Positions 49,050-59,436 of a stretch of 64,000 bases of DNA are shown here, in pieces. A program made the position numbers and the translations under genes. The notes under the pieces were generated by a model. That model was not told the origin of the DNA, made no database searches, and saw only the letters and a list, made by a program, of their open reading frames with translations. Source of the DNA: an uncultured Microbacterium sp. (GTDB lineage: Bacteria > Actinomycetota > Actinomycetes > Actinomycetales > Microbacteriaceae); contig CALKHM010000104.1 of assembly GCA_937988695.1 (NCBI GenBank), positions 35,131 through 99,130 on the forward strand, read 5' to 3'. Numbering within the stretch: position 1 is the stretch's first letter; each line of letters starts with the position of its first letter.

Positions 49050-49143
49050 CGCGGCAGCGGCATGCACGCCGATGCGGAACCGCAGTCGCCGCGCTCGCGT
49101 GCTGCGCGGTGAGGCTGCTTGACGTGAGCACACACGGCAGGGC

Positions 49144-50800
49144 ATGAGCACACTCGCTGCAGGACCACTCGCCTCGGGCACCGCTGTCCAGCTCGTGACG
49201 CCGGGAACCGACGCGGCACGCGCGCCCCTGCGCGTGGCGCTGATTGGCAACCCCAACACGGGGAAGACGACCCTCTTCAACGCCCTGACTGGCCTGCGCC
49301 AGAAGGTCGCCAACTACGCGGGGGTGACGGTCGAGCGCGTGGAGGGATCGTACCGCGATGCTGATGGTCGCGCCGTCCGCGTTACGGACCTGCCGGGAAC
49401 CTACAGCCTCACGGCGTAGTCCCCTGACGAGGCGATCGCGCTCGACGTGCTCCTGGGCCGAGCGCGGTGTCCCGGCGCCTGACGTCGTGGTGGTGGTGGC
49501 GGACGCGCTTCATCTCGAGCGCAACCTCTTTCTCGTCAGCCAGGTGATGGAGCTGGGGCGGCCGACCGTCGTCGCGCTCAACCAGATCGACGCGGCGGAA
49601 GCGGCCGGGGTCCGCATCGACATCCCGGAGCTGATCCACGAGCTCGGCGTCACGGTCATTCCCACCGTCGCTACCAGGCGGGAGGGGCTCGACCGGCTGC
49701 GCCACGCCGTCACCCGCGCGCCGTCGCTGCCCCTGCCAGCCCGCCGGTTCGGCTGGCCGCCGAGGCACTGGCGCCGGTGGAACGGTGGTTTCGCGAGCGT
49801 GGCCTCGCCCCGGGGGTTGCGGCGCCGGAGGGCCTACGGGCGCTCACGACCACCGTGCCAACCACGCGATCGCCCGAGCCCCGGCGCACCGCCGTGACGG
49901 CGCAGGCTGCGGTGCCGCAGACATCCGCACCCGAGGTCACCGAGGCGCGCCACGCGCTCCAAGCTGCCGGCTTGCGACCGGACAGTCTGAAGGCGGAGCT
50001 GCGCTATGGGTGGATCACCGGCGTGGTGGAACGCACGGTGGTTCGCCCCGCCACACAGCGGCGCACGACAAGCGACCGGCTCGACGACATGCTCCTGCAC
50101 CGGATCTGGGGGCCGCTGATCCTTCTGGTCGCGATGACGTTCGTGTTCCAGCCGATCTTCACCTGGGCCGCCCCGCTGCAGGACGCGATGGCGGCGGCAG
50201 TCGGCTAGCTGGGCGGTGGTCTGGCGGCGTTGCTCCCGGCCGGCGATCTCCGGTCCCTCCTCGTCGGTGGCGTGGTCGCGGGCGTCGGGAACGTCGTCGT
50301 CTTCCTGCCGCAGATCGCGATCCTCTTCCTGTGCATCGGCGTGCTCGGGGTCAGCGGCTACATGGCGCGCGCCGCTCTCCTGATGGACCGCTACATGCGC
50401 CGCGTCGGGCTCTCCGGCCGCAGCTTCATCGCGCTGCTCTCGGGGTACGCCTGCGGTGTCCCAGCCATCATGGCCACGCGCACCATCGAGAGCCCGCGGG
50501 ACCGGCTCGCCACCATCATGGTGATCCCGCTCATCAGCTGCTCGGCGCGCCTCCCCTCTATACGCTCCTCGTCGGCGCGTTCATCCCGCCGGTCGTGATC
50601 GCCGGCATCTTCGATCTGCAGGGATTGACGATGCTCGGCACCTACCTGCTCGGTACGGGCGCCGCGCTCGTCATGGCCGCTCTGTTCAAGCGCACCCTGC
50701 TCCACGGTACGACGCGGCCGATGATCGTGGAGCTGCCCCCGTACCGGCTGCCCGATCCGCGCTCGCTCGCGATCTCCCTCTCACACCGGGCGATGACCTT
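49144..50800 (+). pseudogene. feoB: Ferrous iron transporter FeoB pseudogene
   Basis: GNPNTGKT, VANYAGVTVE and DLPGTYS, followed by a stop at 49417, frameshifts and 3' truncation. Confidence 0.92.
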
Positions 50801-50833
50801 TCGACCAGCGCGATCCGGCGCGTCGGCTACACG

Positions 50834-52960
50834 GTGGAGGACACGGACAACCGCACCTCGCGGCGCGCCACGATCGTCCTGGACGGGATGGACTGCGCCG
50901 AGGAGGTGCGGCTGATCGAGGGGAAGCTCGGCAACCTGCCCGGCGTTACCGCGCTCCAGTTCGACGTCGTGAACCGGCGCCTCGTCGTCGATGGGGCGAT
51001 CACCGCACCCGAGGTGCAGCGTGCGGTCCGCGAGCTCGGCATGACGGCCCACGCCGAGGGCGAGGTCGCTGCGCCAGCCTCCTTCTGGCGCCGGCGTGGG
51101 CGGCTCGTGATGACCGCGGTCGCGGGCGCGGGCGTCGCGCTCGGCCTGCTCACCAAGTTCGCCGGGCTGCCGGAGTGGATCGAGCTCGCGCTGCTTGGCC
51201 TCGCCACGCTCGCCGGCGGCTGGTTCGTCGTGCCGCGCGGTGTGCGCGCCGGCCTGAACCGCGCGCTCGACATGAACTTCCTCATGTCGGTCGCGGCCGG
51301 CGGCGCGTGGATCATCGGCGAGCCCGAGGAGGCGGCGGCGACGCTCTTCCTCTTCGCCGTGGCCGAACTCCTCGAGAGCTACTCGATGGACCGGGCACGC
51401 AATGCGATCAAGGCGCTCATGGACCTCTCGCCGGCCGAGGCGACCGTCCGCCGCGGCGGCGCCGAGGTCCGGGTGCCCGTCACCGACGTCGCGGTCGGCG
51501 AGACGGTGGTCGTGCGGCCCGGCGAGAAGCTGCCGGTCGACGGCGAGGTCACGGGCGGCCGGTCGAGCGTGGACCAGGCGCCGATCACCGGCGAGTCGAT
51601 GCCGGTGGACAAGGAGCTCGGCGCCGAGGTGTTCGCCGGGAGCATGAACGGGCACGGCGTCCTCGAGGTCCGCTCGACCAAGCCGGCGAGCGACACCACG
51701 CTGGCGCGGATCATCCATGCCGTGGAGGAGGCACAGACGTCGCGTGCCCCGAGCCAGACCTTCGTCGACCGGTTCGCGCGCGTCTACTCGCCGCTCGTGG
51801 TGCTCGCGGCGGTGCTCATCGCCGTGCTTCCGCCGCTGGCCGGCTTCGGCACATGGTCGACGTGGGTGTACCGCGCGCTGGCGATGCTCGTCGTGGCCCG
51901 CCCGTGCGCGCTCGTGATCTCGACGCCGGTCACTATCGTGAGCGGGCTCGCCGGCGCGGCGCGCGGTGGGGTGCTCATCAAGGGCGGTGCGTTCCTCGAG
52001 CGCCTCGGAGCGACGACGGCGGTCGCGCTGGACAAGACTGGCACGCTGACCGAGGGGCGCCCGGCGGTCACCGACGTCGTGCCGCTCAACGGCACATCGC
52101 CGAACGATCTGTTACGCCTCGCGCTCGGCGTGGAGCGGCACTCGGAGCATCCGCTCGCGCGCGCCGTCCTTGCCGAGGGCACCGCCCGCGGCCTCGTGCC
52201 ACCGCAGTCCGCGGACTTCGAGGCGCTGGTGGGAACCGGCGCCTCCGCCCGCATCGGCGACGCGGACGTCTTCGTAGGCAACGAACGGCTGCTGGACGAG
52301 TTCGAGCTGCGCACGCCCGACGTCTCCGCGGTGCTCGGCCGGCTCGAAGCCGCCGGCAAGACGGCGGTCACCGTGGTCTCGGTGCAGCGTGGCTGTGCCG
52401 AGGCGCTCGGCGTGCGCGGCGTCGCCGACCAGGTGCGCCCGAACGCGCGCGCGGCCATCGAGGGTCTGCGGGCGGCCGGCGTTCGACACGTCGTGATGCT
52501 CACCGGCGACAACGAGAGCACGGCGCTCGCCGTGGCGGCGGCCGTCGGCGCGGACGAGGTGCACGCCGGCCTGCTGCCGGACGACAAGGTGCGGCTGGTG
52601 CGCCAGCTGGAGGCGCGCGGGGAGCAGGTGGCGTTCGTCGGGGACGGCGTGAACGACGCGCCCGCGCTCGCCGCGGCGCACGTCGGCGTGGCCATGGGCG
52701 CGGCCGGCACCGACGTGGCGCTCGAGACGGCCGACGTGGCCTTGATGGCCGACGACCTGGAGAAGCTCTCCTTCGCCGTGCGGCTGTCGCACAAGACGCT
52801 CGGCATCGTGAAGCAGAACATCGCCGTCTCGCTGGCCATCAAGGCGGTGTTCCTCGTGCTCGCCGTGAGCGGCTGGGCGACGCTGTGGATGGCGGTGGCG
52901 GCCGACATGGGCGGGTCGCTGCTCGTCGTGGCGAACGGGCTGCGGGCGCGGCGGCCATAA
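50834..52960 (+). CDS. cadA: CadA/ZntA-type P1B-2 ATPase, probably damaged
   Basis: GMDCAEE HMA, TGES, DKTGT, GDGVND, TM Lys and Asp; RPC instead of CPC; 5' end fused to the feoB remnant. Confidence 0.8.
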   Translation: MEDTDNRTSRRATIVLDGMDCAEEVRLIEGKLGNLPGVTALQFDVVNRRLVVDGAITAPEVQRAVRELGMTAHAEGEVAAPASFWRRRGRLVMTAVAGAGVALGLLTKFAGLPEWIELALLGLATLAGGWFVVPRGVRAGLNRALDMNFLMSVAAGGAWIIGEPEEAAATLFLFAVAELLESYSMDRARNAIKALMDLSPAEATVRRGGAEVRVPVTDVAVGETVVVRPGEKLPVDGEVTGGRSSVDQAPITGESMPVDKELGAEVFAGSMNGHGVLEVRSTKPASDTTLARIIHAVEEAQTSRAPSQTFVDRFARVYSPLVVLAAVLIAVLPPLAGFGTWSTWVYRALAMLVVARPCALVISTPVTIVSGLAGAARGGVLIKGGAFLERLGATTAVALDKTGTLTEGRPAVTDVVPLNGTSPNDLLRLALGVERHSEHPLARAVLAEGTARGLVPPQSADFEALVGTGASARIGDADVFVGNERLLDEFELRTPDVSAVLGRLEAAGKTAVTVVSVQRGCAEALGVRGVADQVRPNARAAIEGLRAAGVRHVVMLTGDNESTALAVAAAVGADEVHAGLLPDDKVRLVRQLEARGEQVAFVGDGVNDAPALAAAHVGVAMGAAGTDVALETADVALMADDLEKLSFAVRLSHKTLGIVKQNIAVSLAIKAVFLVLAVSGWATLWMAVAADMGGSLLVVANGLRARRP

Positions 52961-53020
52961 TCGCGACATGAGCGGCATTAGCGGCCGTTCCGCCTCATCC
53001 TGCTGCGGGCGCATCGGCTA

Positions 53021-53662
53021 CTACGCCGCAGTCGTGCGATGCGCCGCGAGCGAGGCGGCGTGCTGCCATAACTGCCGTACAGCAGCCTGCCCGACCGACA
53101 TTTCCGATGAGCCCTTCAGGCGGAGGAAGAGCAGCCCGCCCCCGATCAGCACGAACGCGATGTTGAACCAGAACGTGTAGTCGATCTCGAACGCGACCAT
53201 CTCCTCCAGCGTCGGACGGACGGTCGGCAGAATGCCGGCGAGCGCGAACAGCCCGTGTACCGTCAGCCCCGCGGCGAGCATGCAGACGTAGAGTACGACT
53301 GAGACGTACGCCGCGTAGCGCCAGCCGTAATACTTGGCGTGGATGTGGACCACCGTGGCCGCCACCAGGCCCGCGCCGATAAAGGTCATCACGCTCGCGA
53401 ACGACGCGATCTTCGCCCAGAGCATCGCCGCGGGTGGCACGTTGCCCATCGAGCCGATGAGCGTGAAGAAGGCGATCACCGGCGCCACGAGCGCGTTCTC
53501 GACCATAACCCAGAACGACGGAGCCTCAGCCGCGCTATCGCCGACCAGGAAGACGGTATTCCAGAAGCTCTGCGGCACGAAGACGGAGATGAAGCCGACC
53601 ATCGTGAAGCCGACCATCGTGAAGCCGACCATCGTGAAGCCGATGGTGCGCGCTTCGGCCAC
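53021..53662 (-). pseudogene. DUF318-type permease, C-terminal fragment
   Basis: FVPQSFW and IGSMGNVP; N-terminal half replaced by a 15-bp repeat (53590-53643). Confidence 0.7.
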
Positions 53663-53781
53663 GTCTCTCTGCGCAGGCCTTTACGGCGACGCGCTGCAGG
53701 CCGCCCGTGAGATGCGGGGCGGCCTGCAGCGCGTCGCCGGCGGTGTGCTTGAGTACACGCCACCGCGCGATCGGTGTGGCG

Positions 53782-54300
53782 TCACATCTTCATATTGCCC
53801 ATCATCGAGCGATACGACTCCATGAGGCGCATCACGCGTGCCCCATGGGCAGGCATGAATTCCCGGAGCTCGGGCGCATTCATCTCCGGCATCCGCGTGA
53901 GATCCTGCCGCAGTGAGTCGACGGTTGCGTTCCAGGCGGTACTGTTCGTCATGTCCATGCCGCGCATATCCTGGTTGAACTGCGCGATCATGTTCGCCAC
54001 CATCTGCCGGTGCATGGGCATCATCGCCTGGATGCTGTCTGCCCCCGCACCGTCCATCATGCGCATGTGGGCCTGCATCGGCTCCATCATTCCGCCCCCA
54101 CCCGTGCCCTGCATGCCCTGCATCCCCTGCATCCCTGACATCGCACCAGCGGTATCCTGAGCTGCCGGAGCCTGGCTCGTGTCGGCGACCTCCCCTGACT
54201 CTCCGTTAGAGCACGCCGCGAGCGCGAGCGCGGCAGCAAGGGTGACGAGCGAGCGGTGAGCGAGCGTACGACGGGCGAGTGTACCGCGAGTGAGTCTCAT
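53782..54300 (-). CDS. Met-rich lipoprotein
   Basis: LAAC lipobox, (GMQ)n, more than 20 Met; GGGAGA RBS. Confidence 0.8.
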   Translation of the reverse strand: MRLTRGTLARRTLAHRSLVTLAAALALAACSNGESGEVADTSQAPAAQDTAGAMSGMQGMQGMQGTGGGGMMEPMQAHMRMMDGAGADSIQAMMPMHRQMVANMIAQFNQDMRGMDMTNSTAWNATVDSLRQDLTRMPEMNAPELREFMPAHGARVMRLMESYRSMMGNMKM

Positions 54301-54815
54301 GGGAATCTCCCTGTAAGGTGTAACGAACGACTCGGCGTCCAGCCGAGGTGCCGCCGCGCGAGCGAGAGCGTGAGCGGCGGGAGCAGGACCCACTGCAGGA
54401 GCGGCGTGATGCCGATACCGAAGAGGGTCGGCGTGCCAGGCGCATACGCCCAGCGATGCCAGAGGTAGACGCTGAGCGCCTCGGCCACGACCGTGATGAC
54501 CAGCCCGGTGCCCACGGAGCTGGCGATCGCTCCGGCCGTCAGGGTGCCGAGCCACCATCGCCGTCGTGTCGCCGCCGTCACCGCGTAGGCGACGAGCGTG
54601 AGCACCACGTCGCCCAGCCTGGCTAAGAGGCAGGTCTGCACGGCGTCCCAGTGTCGCGCGTCCGGCATCGCGCGATACGCGGGCGTCTGCAGCATCTCCC
54701 ACGCAAAGTGCAACAGGGACGTGAACAGTGTGAGCGCCGCCCACGGCTGCCACCTCGGCGCGGCGCGCCCAGCGGACGCGACATGCGCGGAAGCACCGTG
54801 TGCGCTACCGGACAT
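54297..54815 (-). CDS. Membrane protein of unknown function
   Basis: HFAWEMLQ...GD...W.Y...PLLQW; overlaps both neighbours. Confidence 0.7.
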   Translation of the reverse strand: MSGSAHGASAHVASAGRAAPRWQPWAALTLFTSLLHFAWEMLQTPAYRAMPDARHWDAVQTCLLARLGDVVLTLVAYAVTAATRRRWWLGTLTAGAIASSVGTGLVITVVAEALSVYLWHRWAYAPGTPTLFGIGITPLLQWVLLPPLTLSLARRHLGWTPSRSLHLTGRFP

Positions 54816-57800
54816 GCGCCGGTACCTGTTCCGTCTCGGGTAACGGTGCGCCGGCCTCGGCGTCGTTGCGACGCGCGCGCTCGGCTGCCCGCCGGACCTC
54901 CCGCTCCTTCCAGAGCGAGTAGATCGCCGGGATCACGACCAGGGTCAGGATCGTGCTCGACACCATTCCGCCGACCATCGGCGCGGCGATCCGCTTCATC
55001 ATGTCCGCACCGGTCCCCTGACTCCAGAGGATCGGCAGCAGTCCCGCAATGATCGCCGTCACGGTCATCATCTTGGGCCGTACCCGCTCCACGGCACCAT
55101 GCTCCACGGCCGCGTCCACGTCCGCGCGGTCCTTGAGGTGGCCGCTCTGGCGCCGGTCGTGATACGCGTGGTCCAGATAGAGGAGCATGATGACTCCCGT
55201 CTCCGCCGCCACGCCGGCCAGCGCGATGAAGCCGATCGAGGTGGCGACGCTCAGGTTGTAGTCGAGGAGCCACATGAGCCACACGCCGCCCACGAGCGCG
55301 AAGGGAAGCGAGAGCATCACGATCGCGCTCTCGGTGACGCTATTGAAGTTGAAGTACAGGAGGAGGAAGATGACCGCGAGCGTGAGCGGCACGACGACAC
55401 GGAGCCTCCGCCCCGCCCGCTCCATGGCCTCGAACTGCCCCGACCACTCCAGGCGGTACCCTGGCGGGAGCTCGAGCCGCTCCTCCAGCAGTGCCTTCGC
55501 GTCGGCGACGTAGCTCCCGATGTCGCGGTCGCGCACGTCGACGTAGACGATGTTGTTGAGGTGCGCGTTCTCGGACTTGATGAGCGTCGGGCCCTTCGTG
55601 ACGTCGATGTTTGCGAGCTGGCCCAGGGTGACCTGCGCACCCGACGGCGTGGCGACGAGCGCACTGGCGATGGCCTGCGGGTCGTCGCGCAGCTCGCGCG
55701 GATAGCGGACGAGGACGCTGTACCGCTCGCGCCCCTCGATCACCGTCCCGGCAGGCATCCCGCCGACGGCCGCCATCATCGCCATCTGCACGTCGTCGAC
55801 GGTCATCGCATAGCGCGCCGCGGCGGCGCGGTCGACCTCGATGTCCAGGTAACGCCCCCCGACGGCGCGCTCGGCGAAGACGGAATTCGTTCCCTCGACG
55901 GCGGGCAGGATACCCTCGATCTGCTTGCCGATGCGGTCCAGCTCCGCGAGATCGGGCCCGAACACCTTGATTCCCACGGGCGTCTTGATCCCGGTCGCCA
56001 ACATGTCGAGCCGGTTCTTGATCGGCATCGACCACATGTTGGCGACACCCGGCGTCTTCACTGCCGCGTTGATCTCGGTGATGAGGGAGTCGTAGGTCAC
56101 CCCCTTCCGCCACTCGTCGCGATCCTTGAGGATGGCGATGGTCTCGATCATCGACATCGGTGCCATGTCGGTGGCCGTCTCGGCACGTCCGATCTTGCCC
56201 AACACCATCTCCACCTCGGGGATCCGTGCGAGCGCCGCGTCGCGCTGCTGGAGGATCTGCTTCGCCTGCGCCGTGCCGACGCCCGGGAAGAGCGAGGGCA
56301 TGTCCATCACGCTCCCCTCGTTCAGGGGGGGCATGAACTCGCTCCCGAGTCGCATCCACGGGACGATCGACACGAGCAGCACCGCCACCGCCACGCCAAT
56401 CGTCGTCCACCGGAAGCGCAGCACGAGCTCGATCACGGGGCGGTACACGCGGATGAGGAAGCGGTTGACGGGGTTCGCCGCCTCCGGCTTCACCTTTCCG
56501 CGGATGAAGAGCCCCATCATCACCGGCACGAGCGTTATCGAGAGGAGCGCCGCCGATGCCATCGAGAGCGTCTTCGTCCAGGCCAGCGGCTTGAAGAGCC
56601 GCCCTTCCTGGTCCTCCAGCGCGAACACCGGGAGGAAGGAGAGCGTGATGATGAGGAGCGCGACGAAGAGCGAGGGCCCGACTTCCTTGGAGGAGTCGAC
56701 CACGAGTTCCCACCGGGTTCGCGTGCCCCCCTCGCTCTCGTTCCGCTCCATATGCTTGTGGAGGTTCTCCACCATGACGATGGCCGCGTCGATCATCGCC
56801 CCGATGGCGATCGCGATCCCGCCCAGGCTCATGATGTTGGCGTTGAGCCCGAGCACCCGCATGGCGAGGAGGGCCATGAAGATCCCGATCGGCAGCGTCA
56901 AGATGGCGACGAGCGAGCTCGACGCATGGAGCAGGAACACGATCGTCACGAGCGCGACGATGATGAACTCCTCGACCAGCTTCTCCTGCAGCGTGCGGAT
57001 CGCCGCCTCGATGAGGCCGGAACGGTCGTAGCCTTCGACGAACGTGACGCCGGCCGGCAGCGCGCCCTCGAGCTCCTGCATCTTCGCCTTGACGCCCTCG
57101 ATGACGGCGAGCGGGTTCTCGCCGAAGCGCATGACCACCCACCCGGTGACGACCTCGCCCTGTCCATTCAGGTCGGAGATGCCGCGGCGGAGCTCCGGCC
57201 CGAGCTGGACGGTGGCGACGTCGCCAACGGTGATCGGCGTACCACCCGGGCCGGTGCCGAGCGCCACGGCGCGGATGTCGTCCAGGCTGTCGAATCGTCC
57301 GCGTCCCCGCACCACGTACTCCGTTCCCCCCATCTCGAGCACGCGACCGCCGACGTCCTGATTGGACGCCTGCACCGCACTCACGACTCGCGACATGGGA
57401 ATGTCGTACGCCAGGAGCCTGGCCGGGTCGACCGCGATTTGGTACTGCTTCTCGAAGCCGCCGAACGAGGCGATCTCCGCCACTCCGGGCACGGCCGTGA
57501 GCGCCGGCCGGACCGTCCAGTCCTGGAGGCTCCGGAGCTCGGCCAAGTTGAGCCGTCCCGACGTGTCGGCGAGGATGTACTGCATGACCCAGCCGACACC
57601 GGTCGCGTCGGGCCCGAGCATCGGCATGGCTCCATCGGGCAGCTTGTCACGGACGCTGTTCAGGTACTCGAGCACGCGCGTGCGCGCCCAGTACAGGTCC
57701 ACGTCGTCCTCGAAGACGACGTACACGGCCGACAAGCCGAACTGGCTCATGCCGCGCACGAACTTCGTGTTCGGCACCTTGAGCAGCTCGGTCGACAGCG

Positions 57801-58002
57801 GGTACGTCACCTGATCCTCGACCAGCTCGGGCGCCTGTCCCGGCCACTCGGTCATGACGATCACCTGCACGTCCGAGAGGTCGGGAATCGCGTCCACCGG
57901 CGTCTTGAACATCGCCCAGACCCCGCCGAGTGAGACGGCGAGCGTGGCGAGCAGGACGAGGAACTTGTGGTTCACCGACCACTCGATGATGCGCTTGAGC
58001 AT
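54805..58002 (-). CDS. cusA: CusA/SilA heavy-metal RND permease (copy 2)
   Basis: Same motifs as copy 1. Confidence 0.96.
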   Translation of the reverse strand: MLKRIIEWSVNHKFLVLLATLAVSLGGVWAMFKTPVDAIPDLSDVQVIVMTEWPGQAPELVEDQVTYPLSTELLKVPNTKFVRGMSQFGLSAVYVVFEDDVDLYWARTRVLEYLNSVRDKLPDGAMPMLGPDATGVGWVMQYILADTSGRLNLAELRSLQDWTVRPALTAVPGVAEIASFGGFEKQYQIAVDPARLLAYDIPMSRVVSAVQASNQDVGGRVLEMGGTEYVVRGRGRFDSLDDIRAVALGTGPGGTPITVGDVATVQLGPELRRGISDLNGQGEVVTGWVVMRFGENPLAVIEGVKAKMQELEGALPAGVTFVEGYDRSGLIEAAIRTLQEKLVEEFIIVALVTIVFLLHASSSLVAILTLPIGIFMALLAMRVLGLNANIMSLGGIAIAIGAMIDAAIVMVENLHKHMERNESEGGTRTRWELVVDSSKEVGPSLFVALLIITLSFLPVFALEDQEGRLFKPLAWTKTLSMASAALLSITLVPVMMGLFIRGKVKPEAANPVNRFLIRVYRPVIELVLRFRWTTIGVAVAVLLVSIVPWMRLGSEFMPPLNEGSVMDMPSLFPGVGTAQAKQILQQRDAALARIPEVEMVLGKIGRAETATDMAPMSMIETIAILKDRDEWRKGVTYDSLITEINAAVKTPGVANMWSMPIKNRLDMLATGIKTPVGIKVFGPDLAELDRIGKQIEGILPAVEGTNSVFAERAVGGRYLDIEVDRAAAARYAMTVDDVQMAMMAAVGGMPAGTVIEGRERYSVLVRYPRELRDDPQAIASALVATPSGAQVTLGQLANIDVTKGPTLIKSENAHLNNIVYVDVRDRDIGSYVADAKALLEERLELPPGYRLEWSGQFEAMERAGRRLRVVVPLTLAVIFLLLYFNFNSVTESAIVMLSLPFALVGGVWLMWLLDYNLSVATSIGFIALAGVAAETGVIMLLYLDHAYHDRRQSGHLKDRADVDAAVEHGAVERVRPKMMTVTAIIAGLLPILWSQGTGADMMKRIAAPMVGGMVSSTILTLVVIPAIYSLWKEREVRRAAERARRNDAEAGAPLPETEQVPAHVR

Positions 58003-58008
58003 GGCCGG

Positions 58009-59436
58009 TTACCTCCGCGGGGTGGGAGGAGACGCGGGCGTCTGCGGCATCGGCATCCCCTTCATCGCGCCCTTGACGTCCGCGCCCTTGTCCATGGGCA
58101 TGTCCATCCCTTCCATGTCGCCCATGTCGCCGCCCATCCCCATCATCGCCTTCATGACCTCGCCGAGGTTCGACTCCGAGTCGAGGAGGAACTGCGCCGA
58201 CGTCACCACCCGCTGCCCCGGCTCGACGCCCGCCAGGACCTCGACGTATTCGTCGCCGGCGCGGCCGGTCTCGATCTCGTGCGGCATGAGGCGTCCGCCG
58301 CCCATGTCCACGAAGACCATGGACCGCTCGCCGGTCCGGATCACCGCCGAGGTGGGCACCGTCAGCGTGGTCCGGCTCGGCGTGGTGATGCGTACCGTCG
58401 CATACATGCCGGGCTTGATCCGCCCTTCCGAGTTCGCGACCGCAATGCGCGCCGTGATCGTCCTGGACGCCTCCTGCAGCGTGGGATAGACGTACTCGAC
58501 GCGCCCCTTGAGCGGTCGCCCGGGGAAGGCCGCGAACTCGAGCGTCGCGCCCGACCCCTCGCGTACGCTCCCCGCCTCGTTCTCGCGGAGCTCGGCCTCC
58601 ACCCAGACCTCGGCGAGGTCGGCGATCGTGTAGAGGGTCTGCCCTGGCTGCACGGCCTGCCCCTTGACCACGTTCTTCTCCACCACCACGCCGGAGGCCG
58701 GCGCGTAGAGCGTCAGCGACCGCCGGACCTGCCCGGTGCGCAGGACCTGCTGGATCTGCGCCTCGGAGATGTCCCACAGCCGCAGCCGCCGCGTGGCGGC
58801 GGCCAGAAGGTTCGAGGAGCCCGCCGGGACACCGGGCACCGCGCTCTCGTCCATCGTGCTCTCGAGCCCGCGCGCGACGAGGAGCTCCTCCTGCGCGGCG
58901 ACCAGCTCGGGTGAGTAGATCTCGAGCAGCGGCTGCCCGCGACGCACGGGCTGGCCCGTGAAGTCGACGTACAGCCGCTCGACGAAGCCGCCGAACTTGG
59001 GGGCGACCTGCGCGATGCGCGTCTCGTCGAAGTTGACGACGCCCGTGGTGCGGATCTGGTCCTCGAGCGTCCGCACCTCGGCGGTAGCGAAGGTGATGCC
59101 GAACTGGCGGATCTGATTCGCCGTGAGCTCCACCGAGCCGTCGGTGCTCATGTTCATTCCTTCCATGTCGGCCATTCCTTCCATGCCGGCCATGTCGCCG
59201 GCCGGCTGGCCGGAGGCATCATCGTCGCCGCGGCTCTCGACGACGACCCACGCCGTGAGGGCGACGAGCGCTGTGGCCGCGCCGGCCAGCACGAGGCGCC
59301 GCGTCCTGGCGCTCATACCGGTCACCCGGTCGTTCCAACTGCGATGCCCGCCCGAGTTCGCACTCCCATCACCATCGACGCGCTGGGCGTCCGTGACGAT
59401 GTGCTGACCGTCGGCGTTCTTGACGTTCTGGCTCAT
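58009..59436 (-). CDS. cusB: CusB-type membrane fusion protein (copy 2)
   Basis: IYSPELVAAQEE, IKPGMYA, FLLDSES; Met-rich termini. Confidence 0.93.
   Translation of the reverse strand: MSQNVKNADGQHIVTDAQRVDGDGSANSGGHRSWNDRVTGMSARTRRLVLAGAATALVALTAWVVVESRGDDDASGQPAGDMAGMEGMADMEGMNMSTDGSVELTANQIRQFGITFATAEVRTLEDQIRTTGVVNFDETRIAQVAPKFGGFVERLYVDFTGQPVRRGQPLLEIYSPELVAAQEELLVARGLESTMDESAVPGVPAGSSNLLAAATRRLRLWDISEAQIQQVLRTGQVRRSLTLYAPASGVVVEKNVVKGQAVQPGQTLYTIADLAEVWVEAELRENEAGSVREGSGATLEFAAFPGRPLKGRVEYVYPTLQEASRTITARIAVANSEGRIKPGMYATVRITTPSRTTLTVPTSAVIRTGERSMVFVDMGGGRLMPHEIETGRAGDEYVEVLAGVEPGQRVVTSAQFLLDSESNLGEVMKAMMGMGGDMGDMEGMDMPMDKGADVKGAMKGMPMPQTPASPPTPRR

Noticed and set aside
49046-49140. feoA upstream of feoB
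   Set aside because: The gap is too short and no recognisable FeoA sequence remains.
55099-57933. 944-aa plus-strand ORF and similar long ORFs (7032-8678, 11640-13238, 35791-37554)
   Set aside because: They are antisense shadows of well-supported genes in high-GC DNA and have no motifs.
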